From positions 990,001 through 1,022,000 of the forward strand of contig NZ_JBHSTI010000008.1 of the NCBI RefSeq assembly GCF_042660085.1: a stretch of DNA of 32,000 bases. The letters run 5' to 3'. Position 1 is the first letter of the stretch; each line of letters begins with the position of its first letter. A program made the position numbers and the translations under genes. This document shows positions 16,145 through 24,274 of the stretch, piece by piece. Below the pieces are notes generated by a model that made no database searches, was not told the origin of the DNA, and saw only the letters and a program-made list of their open reading frames with translations. This DNA is from Longivirga aurantiaca (GTDB taxonomy: Bacteria > Actinomycetota > Actinomycetes > S36-B12 > CAIYMF01).

Positions 16145-19100
16145 CCGCGCAGGCGCAGGCCCTGGGGGGTCGCGACGAAGCCTGCGGCCTCCAGCGCGTT
16201 GCCCAGGGTGGACGCCGGGGCCAGCACCGAGCCGCCGTCCGCGGTCGTCACGGTGAGCCGGCCCAGCGCACCTGTCCTCACCGCACGGGTCAGCTCGGCC
16301 GCGGCGGCCGCGAGCACAGCCTCGTCGTCGGTCCACGACAGCAGGGTGCGGCCACCGCGCTCGACGTAGAGCGCGAGCGCGCCGTCGACGAGCACGACCA
16401 GCGCACCGGCCTTCCGGCCCGGCTTGTGGCCGCTCGCGACGTCCTCGGGCCGCGGGGGCCAGCCGAGCGCCGCGCCGTAGGGGTTGGCGGGGTCGGTGGC
16501 GGCGAGCACGAGGGCGCGCGGCGGTGCGTCGAGGTCGCGGCCGGTCGGCACCGACGCGCGCACGCGGTCGATCGCGCCCGGCAGCGAGAACTGCGCGGCG
16601 CCGAGACCCTCGACGACGTACCCGCGTCGGCAGCGCCCGGCGTCCTCGAACGCCGACAGCACGCGGTAGACGCCGGCGAACCCGCCGGAGACGCGCTCGG
16701 CCGCGACCGCTCCGCGGGTGACGACGCCATGGCGGTCGAGCAGCCCCTCGGCGAGAGCGGCCGCACGCAGGGTGGCATCGGCGGACCGGGGCGGGACGAG
16801 CGACCAGCGCCCGCTGACCGATGGCGGCCCGCTGCGCGTGGGCATCCCGGGACGGGCGGGCCTCGCGTAGCGCCCTCGTGGTCCGATCCGGGGGGCGGCC
16901 GCAGCGGTGCGGGGCTTGCGCGAGGAGCCCGACAGGTGCGAGCGCAGCGGCGCCCACGTGTCGCCGGCGACGTGCCCGGTCCACACGAGGTCCCACAGCG
17001 CCTCGACCAGGGAGGCGTCGTCGACACCCCCGCCACCGGGGTTCACCACCGGCCCGACTCGGTCGGACAGCGCGCGGAAGAACCAGCCGCCTCCGGACGA
17101 CAGCGTGTCGAGCACCGCGCCATGCACAGGAGACTGCTCGAGGTCGAGCACGTCGGGCAGCACGAGATCGGCGGTATCCGCGGGGGCGAGCGCGATCCAG
17201 CCGTCGCCGCCGGGCAGCGATCCGGCACCGGTCCACACCACCTCGCCGGCCGCGGTCAGCTCGTCGAGCATCCCCGGCTGGTAGCCCTCGACGCGCGACG
17301 GCAGCACCAGCGACTCCCACGCCGAGGCCGGCACGATCACGCCGGCAAGCTGCTCGACCACGCGCAGGACGCCGTCGGCGCCGCGCAGGCGTCGTCCGCT
17401 GCCCGGCCCGACGTTCTGCCACGCGGGCAGGAACACGCCGAGCGCCTCGGGCGGCACCGGCTCGGCCTCGCGCCTCAGCGCGGCCACCGACCGCCGGCGG
17501 ATCAGGCGGAGCACGTCGGCGTCGCACCACTCCGAGCCCGAGCCCCCGGGGCGGAACTCGCCGCTCACCACGCGGCCGGACGCCGCGAGCCGCGCGAGCG
17601 CCGCCGTCACGACCGCGGTGCCGAGCCCGAAGGCCGCCGCGGCCTCTGAGGCGTGGAACGGCCCGTGCGTGCGCGCCCAGCGCGAGACGAGGTCGCCCAC
17701 CGGATCGGTGACCGGCTCGAGGAACGCGTCGGGCAGCCCGACCGGCAGCGCCGTGCCGAGCGCGTCGCGCAGCCGGGCGGCGTCCTCCACCGAGGCCACC
17801 GCGGTCTCGCCGCCGACGCGCACCTCGATCGCACGGCGTGCGGCGAGGAGCGAGTCGATCCACTCGGCCTGCGCCCCACGGGCGTGCAGCGCCGCGCGCG
17901 TGAGCGGGCCGAGCATGCGCAGCAGGTCGGCCACGCCCTCGGCGTCACGCGCATGCCGCTCGGGCACGAGCCTCTGGAGCTCGGCCTCGACCTGCGCGAG
18001 GGCGTCGGCGTCGAGCAGGTCGCGCAGCTCGGCCTGGCCGAGCAGCTCGGCGAGGAGCGTGGAGTCGAGCGTGAGTGCGGCGGCGCGCCGTTCGGCGAGG
18101 GGCGAGTCGCCCTCGTAGAGGTACTGCGCGACGTAGCCGAACAGCAGCGACCGCGCGAACGGCGACGGCGTCTGCGTCTCGACCTCGACCACGCGCACCT
18201 CGCGCGACTGCACCGAGCGCATGAGCGAGACGAGGCCGGGCACGTCGTAGACGTCCTGCAGCACCTCGCGCATCGTCTCGAGCACGATCGGGAACGAGCC
18301 GTACTGAGACGCGACCGAGAGCAGCTGCGCCGACCGCTGGCGCTGCTGCCAGAGCGGCGAGCGCTTGCCCGGGTTGCGGCGCGGCAGCAGCAGCGCGCGA
18401 GCCGCCGACTCGCGGAAGCGCGAGGCGAACAGCGCGGATCCGCCGGCCTCGGCGGTGACGAGCGCCTCGACCTCGTCGGGGTCGAGCAGCGTCGACTCGA
18501 GCACGCCGCGCATGACCTCGTCGTCCTCGACGTCGGGCAGGCGCAGCACGATGCCGTCGTCGGCATGCATCACCTGCGCGTCGACTCCGTGCCGTTCGCG
18601 CACACGTGCGCCGATGGCGAGCGCCCACGGCGCGTGCACGCGGGCGCCGAACGGCGAGTGCACCACGATCCGCCAGTCGCCGAGCTCGTCGCGCACCTTC
18701 TCGACCACGATCGTGCGGTCGTCGGGCAGGTGGACCGTGGCGGCCTTCTGGTCGTCGAGGTAGGCGAGCAGGTTGGTGACGGCGTTGTCGTCGAGACCGC
18801 TGTCGGACAGGCGCTTCTCGGCCTTGCCGCGCGCGAGCGCCCCGACCTCGCGGACGTAGGCGCCCATCGCGCGGCCGAGCTCGTAGGGTCGCCCGATCGA
18901 GTCGCCGTGCCAGAACGGAAGGCGGCCGGCGAGCCCGGGGGCGGGGGAGACGAGCACGCGGTCGTGGGTGATGTCCTCGATCCGCCAGCTCGACGCGCCG
19001 AGCGCGAACACGTCGCCCACGCGCGACTCGTAGACCATCTCCTCGTCGAGCTCGCCGACCCGCGAGACCTTCTCGCCCACGAGGAAGACGCCGAACAGTC

Positions 19101-20784
19101 CGCGGTCGGGGATCGTGCCGCCGCTGGTGACCGCGAGCCGCTGCGCACCCGGGCGCCCTGTGAGCACGCCGCTCGTCCTGTCCCACACGAGGCGCGGTCG
19201 CAGCTCGGCGAACTCGTCGCTCGGGTAGCGGCCGGCGAGCATGTCGAGCACCGCGTCGTACGCCGACTGCGGCAGCGTGGCGAACGGTGCGGCCCGGCGT
19301 ACGAGCGCGAGGACGTCGTCGACGTGCCACTCGTCGAGCGCGCACATCGCCACGACCTGCTGGGCCAGGACGTCGAGGGGGTTGCGCGGCATGCCCATCT
19401 CCTCGATGAGCCCGTCGCGCATGCGTTCGACGACGACCGCCGTCTGCACGAGGTCGCCGCGGTACTTCGGGAACACCACGCCCGTGGACACCGCGCCCAC
19501 CTGGTGACCGGCACGGCCCACGCGCTGCAGGCCGCTCGCGACCGAGGGCGGCGACTCGACCTGCACGACGAGGTCGACCGCACCCATGTCGATGCCGAGC
19601 TCGAGGCTGCTGGTCGCGACGACAGCCGGGAGACGGCCGGACTTCAGGTCGTCCTCGATGAGGGCGCGCTGCTCCTTGCTCACCGAGCCGTGGTGGGCGC
19701 GCGCGAGCACCTGCGGCGCGCCGCCCGTCGAGCCGGCCTGGCCCATGGACGCCGCAGGCGCGCCGCCGGTCTCGAGCTCCTCGCCGGTGGTGCGCTCGAC
19801 CCAGATCTCGTTGAGCCGTGCGGTGAGGCGCTCGGCGAGGCGGCGCGAGTTGGCGAACACGATGGTCGACCGGTGCGACGCGACGAGGTCGACGACGCGC
19901 TCCTCGAGGTGCGGCCAGATCGACGTGCGCCGCTCGTCGCCGGCAGCCGAGCCGTCGACCTCGCCGGTCGAGGCCCCGAGCTCGGCCATGTCGTCGACGG
20001 GCACGACCACCGAGAGGTCGACCGTCTTCTGCGACGGCGGCTGCACGACCGTGACCGGACGGGAGCCCCCGAGGAACGTCGCGACCTCGTCGACCGGCCG
20101 CACCGTGGCCGACAGGCCGATGCGCTGCGCCGGCTGCTCGAGCAGGGCGTCGAGGCGCTCGAGCGAGATGGCGAGGTGCGCACCGCGCTTGGTGCCCGCC
20201 ATCGCGTGCACCTCGTCGAGGATCACGGTGCGGACGCCGCGCAGCGACTCGCGCGCCTGCGAGGTGAGCAGCAGGAACAGCGACTCGGGCGTGGTGATGA
20301 GGACGTCGGGCGGGCGCGTGGTGAACCGGCGCCGCTCGTCCGCCGGGGTGTCGCCGGAGCGCACGCCCACCGTGACGTCGGGCTCGGGCAGCCCCAGCCG
20401 CACGGCCTCGCGCCGGATGCCCGTGAGCGGGCTGCGCAGGTTGCGCTCGACGTCGGCCGCGAGCGCCTTCAACGGCGAGACGTAGAGGACCCGGCACCGG
20501 GCCTTCGGATCGTCGGGCAGGGGTTCTGCGGCGAGCCCGTCGAGCGCCCAGAGGAACGCCGCGAGGGTCTTGCCCGAGCCGGTCGGCGCGACGACCAGGG
20601 CGTGCTGGCCCGAGGAGATCGCGTCCCACGCGCCCACCTGCGCGGGTGTCGCGGCCTCGAAGGCCGAGCCGAACCACGCCTGCGTGGCGGGGGAGAACCG
20701 GCCGAGGACGTCGCTCGCCGCGGGCTGCGCTGCCACCCCGTGCGCCGCAGGCGGCGCGGGCACGGCGTCCTTCCTGCGGGTCAC
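16141..20784 (-). CDS. lhr: ATP-dependent DExH-box helicase Lhr (about 1547 aa)
   Basis: It carries APTGSGKT (Walker A), ILDEVH (DExH) and a long Lhr-type C-terminal extension. I place the start at GTG 20784 (VTRRKDAVPAPP...). The track start at 21024 runs through the intergenic inverted repeat and the divergent ORF. Confidence 0.9.
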   Translation of the reverse strand: MTRRKDAVPAPPAAHGVAAQPAASDVLGRFSPATQAWFGSAFEAATPAQVGAWDAISSGQHALVVAPTGSGKTLAAFLWALDGLAAEPLPDDPKARCRVLYVSPLKALAADVERNLRSPLTGIRREAVRLGLPEPDVTVGVRSGDTPADERRRFTTRPPDVLITTPESLFLLLTSQARESLRGVRTVILDEVHAMAGTKRGAHLAISLERLDALLEQPAQRIGLSATVRPVDEVATFLGGSRPVTVVQPPSQKTVDLSVVVPVDDMAELGASTGEVDGSAAGDERRTSIWPHLEERVVDLVASHRSTIVFANSRRLAERLTARLNEIWVERTTGEELETGGAPAASMGQAGSTGGAPQVLARAHHGSVSKEQRALIEDDLKSGRLPAVVATSSLELGIDMGAVDLVVQVESPPSVASGLQRVGRAGHQVGAVSTGVVFPKYRGDLVQTAVVVERMRDGLIEEMGMPRNPLDVLAQQVVAMCALDEWHVDDVLALVRRAAPFATLPQSAYDAVLDMLAGRYPSDEFAELRPRLVWDRTSGVLTGRPGAQRLAVTSGGTIPDRGLFGVFLVGEKVSRVGELDEEMVYESRVGDVFALGASSWRIEDITHDRVLVSPAPGLAGRLPFWHGDSIGRPYELGRAMGAYVREVGALARGKAEKRLSDSGLDDNAVTNLLAYLDDQKAATVHLPDDRTIVVEKVRDELGDWRIVVHSPFGARVHAPWALAIGARVRERHGVDAQVMHADDGIVLRLPDVEDDEVMRGVLESTLLDPDEVEALVTAEAGGSALFASRFRESAARALLLPRRNPGKRSPLWQQRQRSAQLLSVASQYGSFPIVLETMREVLQDVYDVPGLVSLMRSVQSREVRVVEVETQTPSPFARSLLFGYVAQYLYEGDSPLAERRAAALTLDSTLLAELLGQAELRDLLDADALAQVEAELQRLVPERHARDAEGVADLLRMLGPLTRAALHARGAQAEWIDSLLAARRAIEVRVGGETAVASVEDAARLRDALGTALPVGLPDAFLEPVTDPVGDLVSRWARTHGPFHASEAAAAFGLGTAVVTAALARLAASGRVVSGEFRPGGSGSEWCDADVLRLIRRRSVAALRREAEPVPPEALGVFLPAWQNVGPGSGRRLRGADGVLRVVEQLAGVIVPASAWESLVLPSRVEGYQPGMLDELTAAGEVVWTGAGSLPGGDGWIALAPADTADLVLPDVLDLEQSPVHGAVLDTLSSGGGWFFRALSDRVGPVVNPGGGGVDDASLVEALWDLVWTGHVAGDTWAPLRSHLSGSSRKPRTAAAAPRIGPRGRYARPARPGMPTRSGPPSVSGRWSLVPPRSADATLRAAALAEGLLDRHGVVTRGAVAAERVSGGFAGVYRVLSAFEDAGRCRRGYVVEGLGAAQFSLPGAIDRVRASVPTGRDLDAPPRALVLAATDPANPYGAALGWPPRPEDVASGHKPGRKAGALVVLVDGALALYVERGGRTLLSWTDDEAVLAAAAAELTRAVRTGALGRLTVTTADGGSVLAPASTLGNALEAAGFVATPQGLRLRG

Positions 20785-20790
20785 CGCCCC

Positions 20791-20812
20791 ATCCTGGCCC
20801 CTGCCCCCGACA
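20791..20812 (-). promoter_or_regulatory. RecA-NDp/PafBC-type promoter motif TGTCGggg-N8-CAGGAT, ending 6 nt upstream of the lhr GTG
   Basis: The minus strand reads gTGTCGGGG-gcaggggc-CAGGAT-ggggcg-GTG. The consensus is tTGTCRgtg-N8-TAnnnT. The first -10 base deviates (C in place of T). Confidence 0.5.
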
Positions 20813-20836
20813 CCCGCGCCCCCCGGTCCCGGACGC

Positions 20837-20896
20837 GAGTTACTGCCCGAAGTGGGGCGATGGCCGCTGCCAACACCCCGCTTCGGGCAGTAACTC
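20837..20896. repeat. Long inverted repeat: 21-bp arms (20/21 complementary) with an 18-nt spacer
   Basis: GAGTTACTGCCCGAAGTGGGG-cgatggccgctgccaaca-CCCCGCTTCGGGCAGTAACTC, read directly from the sequence. It lies in the divergent gap between lhr and the small ORF. Confidence 0.9.
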
Positions 20897-20932
20897 GGAG
20901 AACGGCGTGGACGGGTGGGGCAGGATCGGGGC

Positions 20933-21121
20933 ATGACCGCACAGCTCCTCGCCGCCGACGGGCCGGGCGTCCTCGGCTGGGTCGTCGTGATCGTGATCCT
21001 GCTCGTGCTGGCCGCGGTGCTCATGGCCGTCGTACGCCGGGGCCGCGCAGGCGGTGCGATCAGCCCGATCGACCAGCCCCGGACGCCGCCGCCCGGCGAC
21101 GACCCGCCGCCCGCCGCCTGA
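20933..21121 (+). CDS. Small hypothetical membrane protein (62 aa; one TM segment and a Pro-rich tail)
   Basis: GC3 bias is very strong. The TM segment is VLGWVVVIVILLVLAAVLMAVV, and a strong terminator follows. The start is uncertain: ATG 20933 (CAGGAT 6 nt upstream) or GTG 20915. Confidence 0.45.
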   Translation: MTAQLLAADGPGVLGWVVVIVILLVLAAVLMAVVRRGRAGGAISPIDQPRTPPPGDDPPPAA

Positions 21122-21133
21122 CGCTGCGCTGCC

Positions 21134-21181
21134 GTACGACGAAGGCCGCCGTCCCTCGCGGGGAGGCGGCCTTCGTCGTAC
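21134..21181. terminator. Bidirectional terminator hairpin between the small ORF(+) and the DHA2 MFS gene(-)
   Basis: GTACGACGAAGGCCGCC-N14-GGCGGCCTTCGTCGTAC is a 17-bp perfect stem. The loop contains an extra CCC/GGG pairing. Confidence 0.75.
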
Positions 21182-21190
21182 GCGCCAGGA

Positions 21191-22777
21191 TCAGTCGAGC
21201 GACATCGGCAGGGGCACGGCTGCGTCGTCGGCGAGCTCGTTCTCGACGTCGCGCTTGGTCTTGAGGCGCACCTCCGGCAGCAGCCACGCGAGCAGGAACG
21301 CCACCACCATGAACGGCACCGCGACGAGGAACGTGGTGTCGATCGCGTCGGCGAAGGCCTGGAGCACGGTCGCCTGGATGTCCGGCGGGAGCGCCTGGAT
21401 GCTGCCGATGGACGACGTGGCGTCGCCGATCTGGCCGCTGCCGCCCGGGAAGGCTGCGTTGAGCTCGGCGGCCAGGCGAGCGGTCCACACCGCGCCGAAG
21501 AACGCCGTGCCGAACGAGCCTCCGATGGATCGGAAGAACGTGGATCCGGAGGTGGCCGCGCCCATCTGCTGCGGCGCCACCGTGTTCTGCACCGCGAGCA
21601 CGAGCGTCTGCATCACGTTGCCGAGGCCGGCACCGAGGATGAACATCGCGAGCGCGTTGTACCAGTACGGCGAGTCGACGCCGAGCTTGCTCATCATGTA
21701 GATGCCGACGGCGGCGAGGCCCGTCCCGATGATCGGGAACATCTTGTAGCGGCCCATGCGGGCGATGAGCTGCCCCGACAGGATCGAGGTGATGAGGATG
21801 CCGAGCATGAGCGGCAGCAGCATCAGACCTGCCTGCGTCGGCGTCGCTCCGCGCACGACCTGGAAGTAGATGGACAGGTAGACGATCGACCCGAACATCG
21901 CGAAGCCCACGATGAAGCCGACCATCGAGCTGACGCGGAACACCCTGTTGGAGAACAGCGACATCGGGACGATCGGCTCCTCGGTGCGCAGCTCGTGCCA
22001 CACGAAGAGCGCGAGGGCGGCGACGCCGCCGAGAGCCAGGCCGATGATGGTGGGGCTGGTCCAGTCGTACTCCTGACCGCCCCAGACCGTGACGAGCAGA
22101 ACCATCGTGACGCCCGCGACGAGCAGCGCCGAGCCCAGCCAGTCGATCGGCTTCTTCTCGTGCAGCACCGGCAGGTGCAGGAAGATCGCGAGCGCGGCGA
22201 AGGCGGCGATGCCCAGCGGGACGTTGATGTAGAAGATCCAGCGCCACGACAGCTGCTCGGTGAAGAAGCCGCCGAGCAGCGGGCCGATCACCGAGGAGAG
22301 GCCGAACACGGCGCCGAACAGACCGGCGTAGCGGCCGCGGTCGCGCGGCGGGATGAGGTCGGCGATGACCGCCATGACCAGCACCATGATGCCGCCGCCG
22401 CCGATGCCCTGGAGCGCGCGCGTCCCGATGAGCTGGGCCATGTTCTGCGACAGGCCGGCGAGCATCGAGGCCGCGACGAAGACGGCCACGGCCGACTGCA
22501 GCATGACCTTGCGGCCGTAGAGGTCCGAGAGCTTGCCCCAGATGGGGGTGGACGCCGTCGAGGCGAGCAGGTACGCCGTGATCACCCACGACAGCTCCTG
22601 CAGGCCGCCGAGGTCGGACGTGATCGTCGGGAGCGCGGTCGAGACGATGGTCTGGTCGAGCGCCGCGAGGAGCATCGTGAGCATGAGCGCGGACAGGATC
22701 CAGCGCAGGTGCTTGCGGCTCTCGGCCACCTCGGGGTCGAAGACGAATTCCGCGCGTGCGGAGTCGGGCGTGCTCAT
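21191..22777 (-). CDS. MFS transporter, DHA2 (EmrB/QacA, 14-TMS) drug:H+ antiporter type
   Basis: The 528-aa product carries LDQTIVSTALPTI and GKLSDLYGRK motifs and many TM segments. Its start overlaps the marR stop. Confidence 0.9.
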   Translation of the reverse strand: MSTPDSARAEFVFDPEVAESRKHLRWILSALMLTMLLAALDQTIVSTALPTITSDLGGLQELSWVITAYLLASTASTPIWGKLSDLYGRKVMLQSAVAVFVAASMLAGLSQNMAQLIGTRALQGIGGGGIMVLVMAVIADLIPPRDRGRYAGLFGAVFGLSSVIGPLLGGFFTEQLSWRWIFYINVPLGIAAFAALAIFLHLPVLHEKKPIDWLGSALLVAGVTMVLLVTVWGGQEYDWTSPTIIGLALGGVAALALFVWHELRTEEPIVPMSLFSNRVFRVSSMVGFIVGFAMFGSIVYLSIYFQVVRGATPTQAGLMLLPLMLGILITSILSGQLIARMGRYKMFPIIGTGLAAVGIYMMSKLGVDSPYWYNALAMFILGAGLGNVMQTLVLAVQNTVAPQQMGAATSGSTFFRSIGGSFGTAFFGAVWTARLAAELNAAFPGGSGQIGDATSSIGSIQALPPDIQATVLQAFADAIDTTFLVAVPFMVVAFLLAWLLPEVRLKTKRDVENELADDAAVPLPMSLD

Positions 22778-23235
22778 GCGGTGGGCTCCAGGTCGTGGGC
22801 GAGACGGGTCATGAGGTGCGCGAGCGTGGCGCGGTCCGCGTCGGACCAGCCCGCCGTCGCGGTGGCGATCAGCTCGGTGCGGGCGCGTACGGCGCGGTCG
22901 AGCACGTCGCGTCCGGCGTCGGAGAGGTCGAGCAGGGTGGCCCGGCCGTCGGCGGGGTCGGGGGAGCGGGTGACGAGACCCTGCTCCTCGAGGCCGCGCA
23001 GGTGCCGGCTGACCGTGGACAGGTCGAGGCAGGCGTACGAGGCGAGGTCGCTCATCCGCACCGGCGCGTGCCGGTCGACATGGCTGAGCAGGAAGGTGCG
23101 GGCCGAGGTGTCGGCGTCGCCCGAGCGGCGTCGCAGCTGGGTGATCACCGCGGTGAACGACCGGAAGAACGCATCGTCCGGAGCGTCCGCGTCGGCCCGG
23201 GACGCCCGATCGGACTCAGTGGTTGCTTGCACCAT
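22774..23235 (-). CDS. MarR family transcriptional regulator (153 aa)
   Basis: I start it at ATG 23235 (MVQATTESD). The winged HTH is VRMSDLASYACLDLSTVSRHLRGLEEQGLV. The gene is translationally coupled to the DHA2 gene. The track start at 23418 overlaps the aldolase gene. Confidence 0.8.
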   Translation of the reverse strand: MVQATTESDRASRADADAPDDAFFRSFTAVITQLRRRSGDADTSARTFLLSHVDRHAPVRMSDLASYACLDLSTVSRHLRGLEEQGLVTRSPDPADGRATLLDLSDAGRDVLDRAVRARTELIATATAGWSDADRATLAHLMTRLAHDLEPTA

Positions 23236-23240
23236 GCAAG
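23226..23240. promoter_or_regulatory. Candidate MarR operator: palindrome CTTGCA-cca-TGCAAG covering the marR start codon
   Basis: The 6-bp arms are perfect. It sits in a local low-GC patch and overlaps ATG 23235. Confidence 0.45.
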
Positions 23241-23242
23241 TA

Positions 23243-23248
23243 AAGGTA
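23243..23248 (-). promoter_or_regulatory. -10-like hexamer TACCTT, 7 nt upstream of the marR ATG (leaderless-type start)
   Basis: The minus strand reads TACCTT-tacttgc-ATG, with no SD sequence. Confidence 0.4.
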
Positions 23249-23332
23249 GCCGAGGTCGAAGGATTCGCCAAACGAGCCCGTGCCTCGAGGCTCCGGTGGG
23301 ACAGTCGCGTCGACGCGAGGTGGGGTGAGGAC

Positions 23333-24001
23333 GTGGACCGCGACCTGGTCGACCAGGTGATCGAGACCGCGAACCGGGTGGCGGGGTCGGGCGCCATCGG
23401 GCCGAACATGCACGGCAACGTGAGCGTGCGCGTCCCGGGGGAGGACGAGTTCTACTTCACGGGCGGGCCGTCGATGCGCGATCACCCGCGCGACCTCGTC
23501 GTACGCGTGGGCCTCGACGGGACGCTGCGCGAGGGGACGCTGGCGCCGGTCCAGGGCGCGGTCGTGGACATGCACGCCTCGCGGTACCTCGACGAACGGG
23601 CAGTCGGGTGCGTGCTCCACACGCACTCGCCGTTCGCCACCGCATACGCCGTGGCGCAGAGGCCCATCGGGTGCTGGATCGAGGCGCTCGCGATGTTCGG
23701 CCTCCCGTCCGGGGTGCCGCTGGCCGGCTACGGGCCGCGCGGCTCCGCTGAGGCGATCGCCCACATCCGCGCCGCGGTGGTGCCGGGGGTCCCCGCAGTC
23801 CTCCTGGCCAACCACGGCGTGCTCGTGTTCCACCGCACCACCGACCTCGCAGTGCTCGTGGGCGGCGTCGTCGAGGAGGCGGCTGCGGCCGCCTACCGCG
23901 CCCAGGCGCTCGGCGGCCCGGTCGAGATCCCGGAGACCCAGCGTGCCGCCGCGCTCCAGCGGGCGATGTCCTTCGCTGCCGAGGGCGACCGGACCGCCTG
24001 A
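23333..24001 (+). CDS. Class II aldolase/adducin-domain protein
   Basis: It carries GNVSVRV and HTHSPFATAYA motifs. The start is uncertain. I prefer GTG 23333 because the upstream in-frame ATG 23234 is followed by about 30 low-GC3 codons. Confidence 0.7.
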   Translation: MDRDLVDQVIETANRVAGSGAIGPNMHGNVSVRVPGEDEFYFTGGPSMRDHPRDLVVRVGLDGTLREGTLAPVQGAVVDMHASRYLDERAVGCVLHTHSPFATAYAVAQRPIGCWIEALAMFGLPSGVPLAGYGPRGSAEAIAHIRAAVVPGVPAVLLANHGVLVFHRTTDLAVLVGGVVEEAAAAAYRAQALGGPVEIPETQRAAALQRAMSFAAEGDRTA

Positions 24002-24034
24002 GCCGGTCCGAGGGTCAGCAGCCACAATGGTCGC

Positions 24035-24229
24035 GTGCGGCTGACCGAGCTCTGGCGACGCCTCGACGAGGCGCTCGGGGAGGGCTATGCCCGCTCCTGG
24101 GCCGCGGACTTCCACATCAGCGCCCTCGGCGGCCGCACGGTGCTCGAGGCGATCGACGCGGGCATCGAGACCGTCGACATCTGGCGCGCCGTCCACGCCG
24201 CGCTCGCCCTGCCGGCCAACCAGCGCTGA
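24035..24229 (+). CDS. DUF3046-type small protein (64 aa)
   Basis: MRLTELWRRLDEALGEGYARSWAADFHISALGGRT resembles the conserved small gene found immediately upstream of recA in actinobacteria. CACAAT lies 6 nt upstream of the GTG. Confidence 0.8.
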   Translation: MRLTELWRRLDEALGEGYARSWAADFHISALGGRTVLEAIDAGIETVDIWRAVHAALALPANQR

Positions 24230-24274
24230 TCCGCCGTACGCCGCCCCGCGCGCACCGGCTGCCCTGGACAGATG

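Noticed and set aside
20785-21024. The track start of lhr at 21024, which adds an 80-aa N-terminal extension
   Set aside because: The extension would read through the 21-bp inverted repeat and overlap the divergent small ORF. Lhr similarity begins shortly after GTG 20784, which also has a promoter-like motif at leaderless spacing.
17653-21264. A 1203-aa plus-strand ORF antisense to lhr, plus other long ORFs (14566..17649+, 15455..17863-, 17945..20677-)
   Set aside because: lhr (16141..20784, minus strand) carries the helicase motifs. The alternative frames have no recognisable domains and extreme Arg/Pro/Gly content.
23234-23332. ATG 23234 as the start of the aldolase gene
   Set aside because: The first roughly 30 codons use many A/T-ending codons (caa, gta, aag, gta, gga, aaa, cga), atypical for coding sequence in this genome. 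This stretch also overlaps the marR start and operator. Aldolase similarity begins after GTG 23333.
24007-24034. A possible PafBC-type motif upstream of the DUF3046 gene
   Set aside because: CACAAT sits 6 nt before the GTG, but the position where TGTCR should lie reads TCCGA. No credible core is present.
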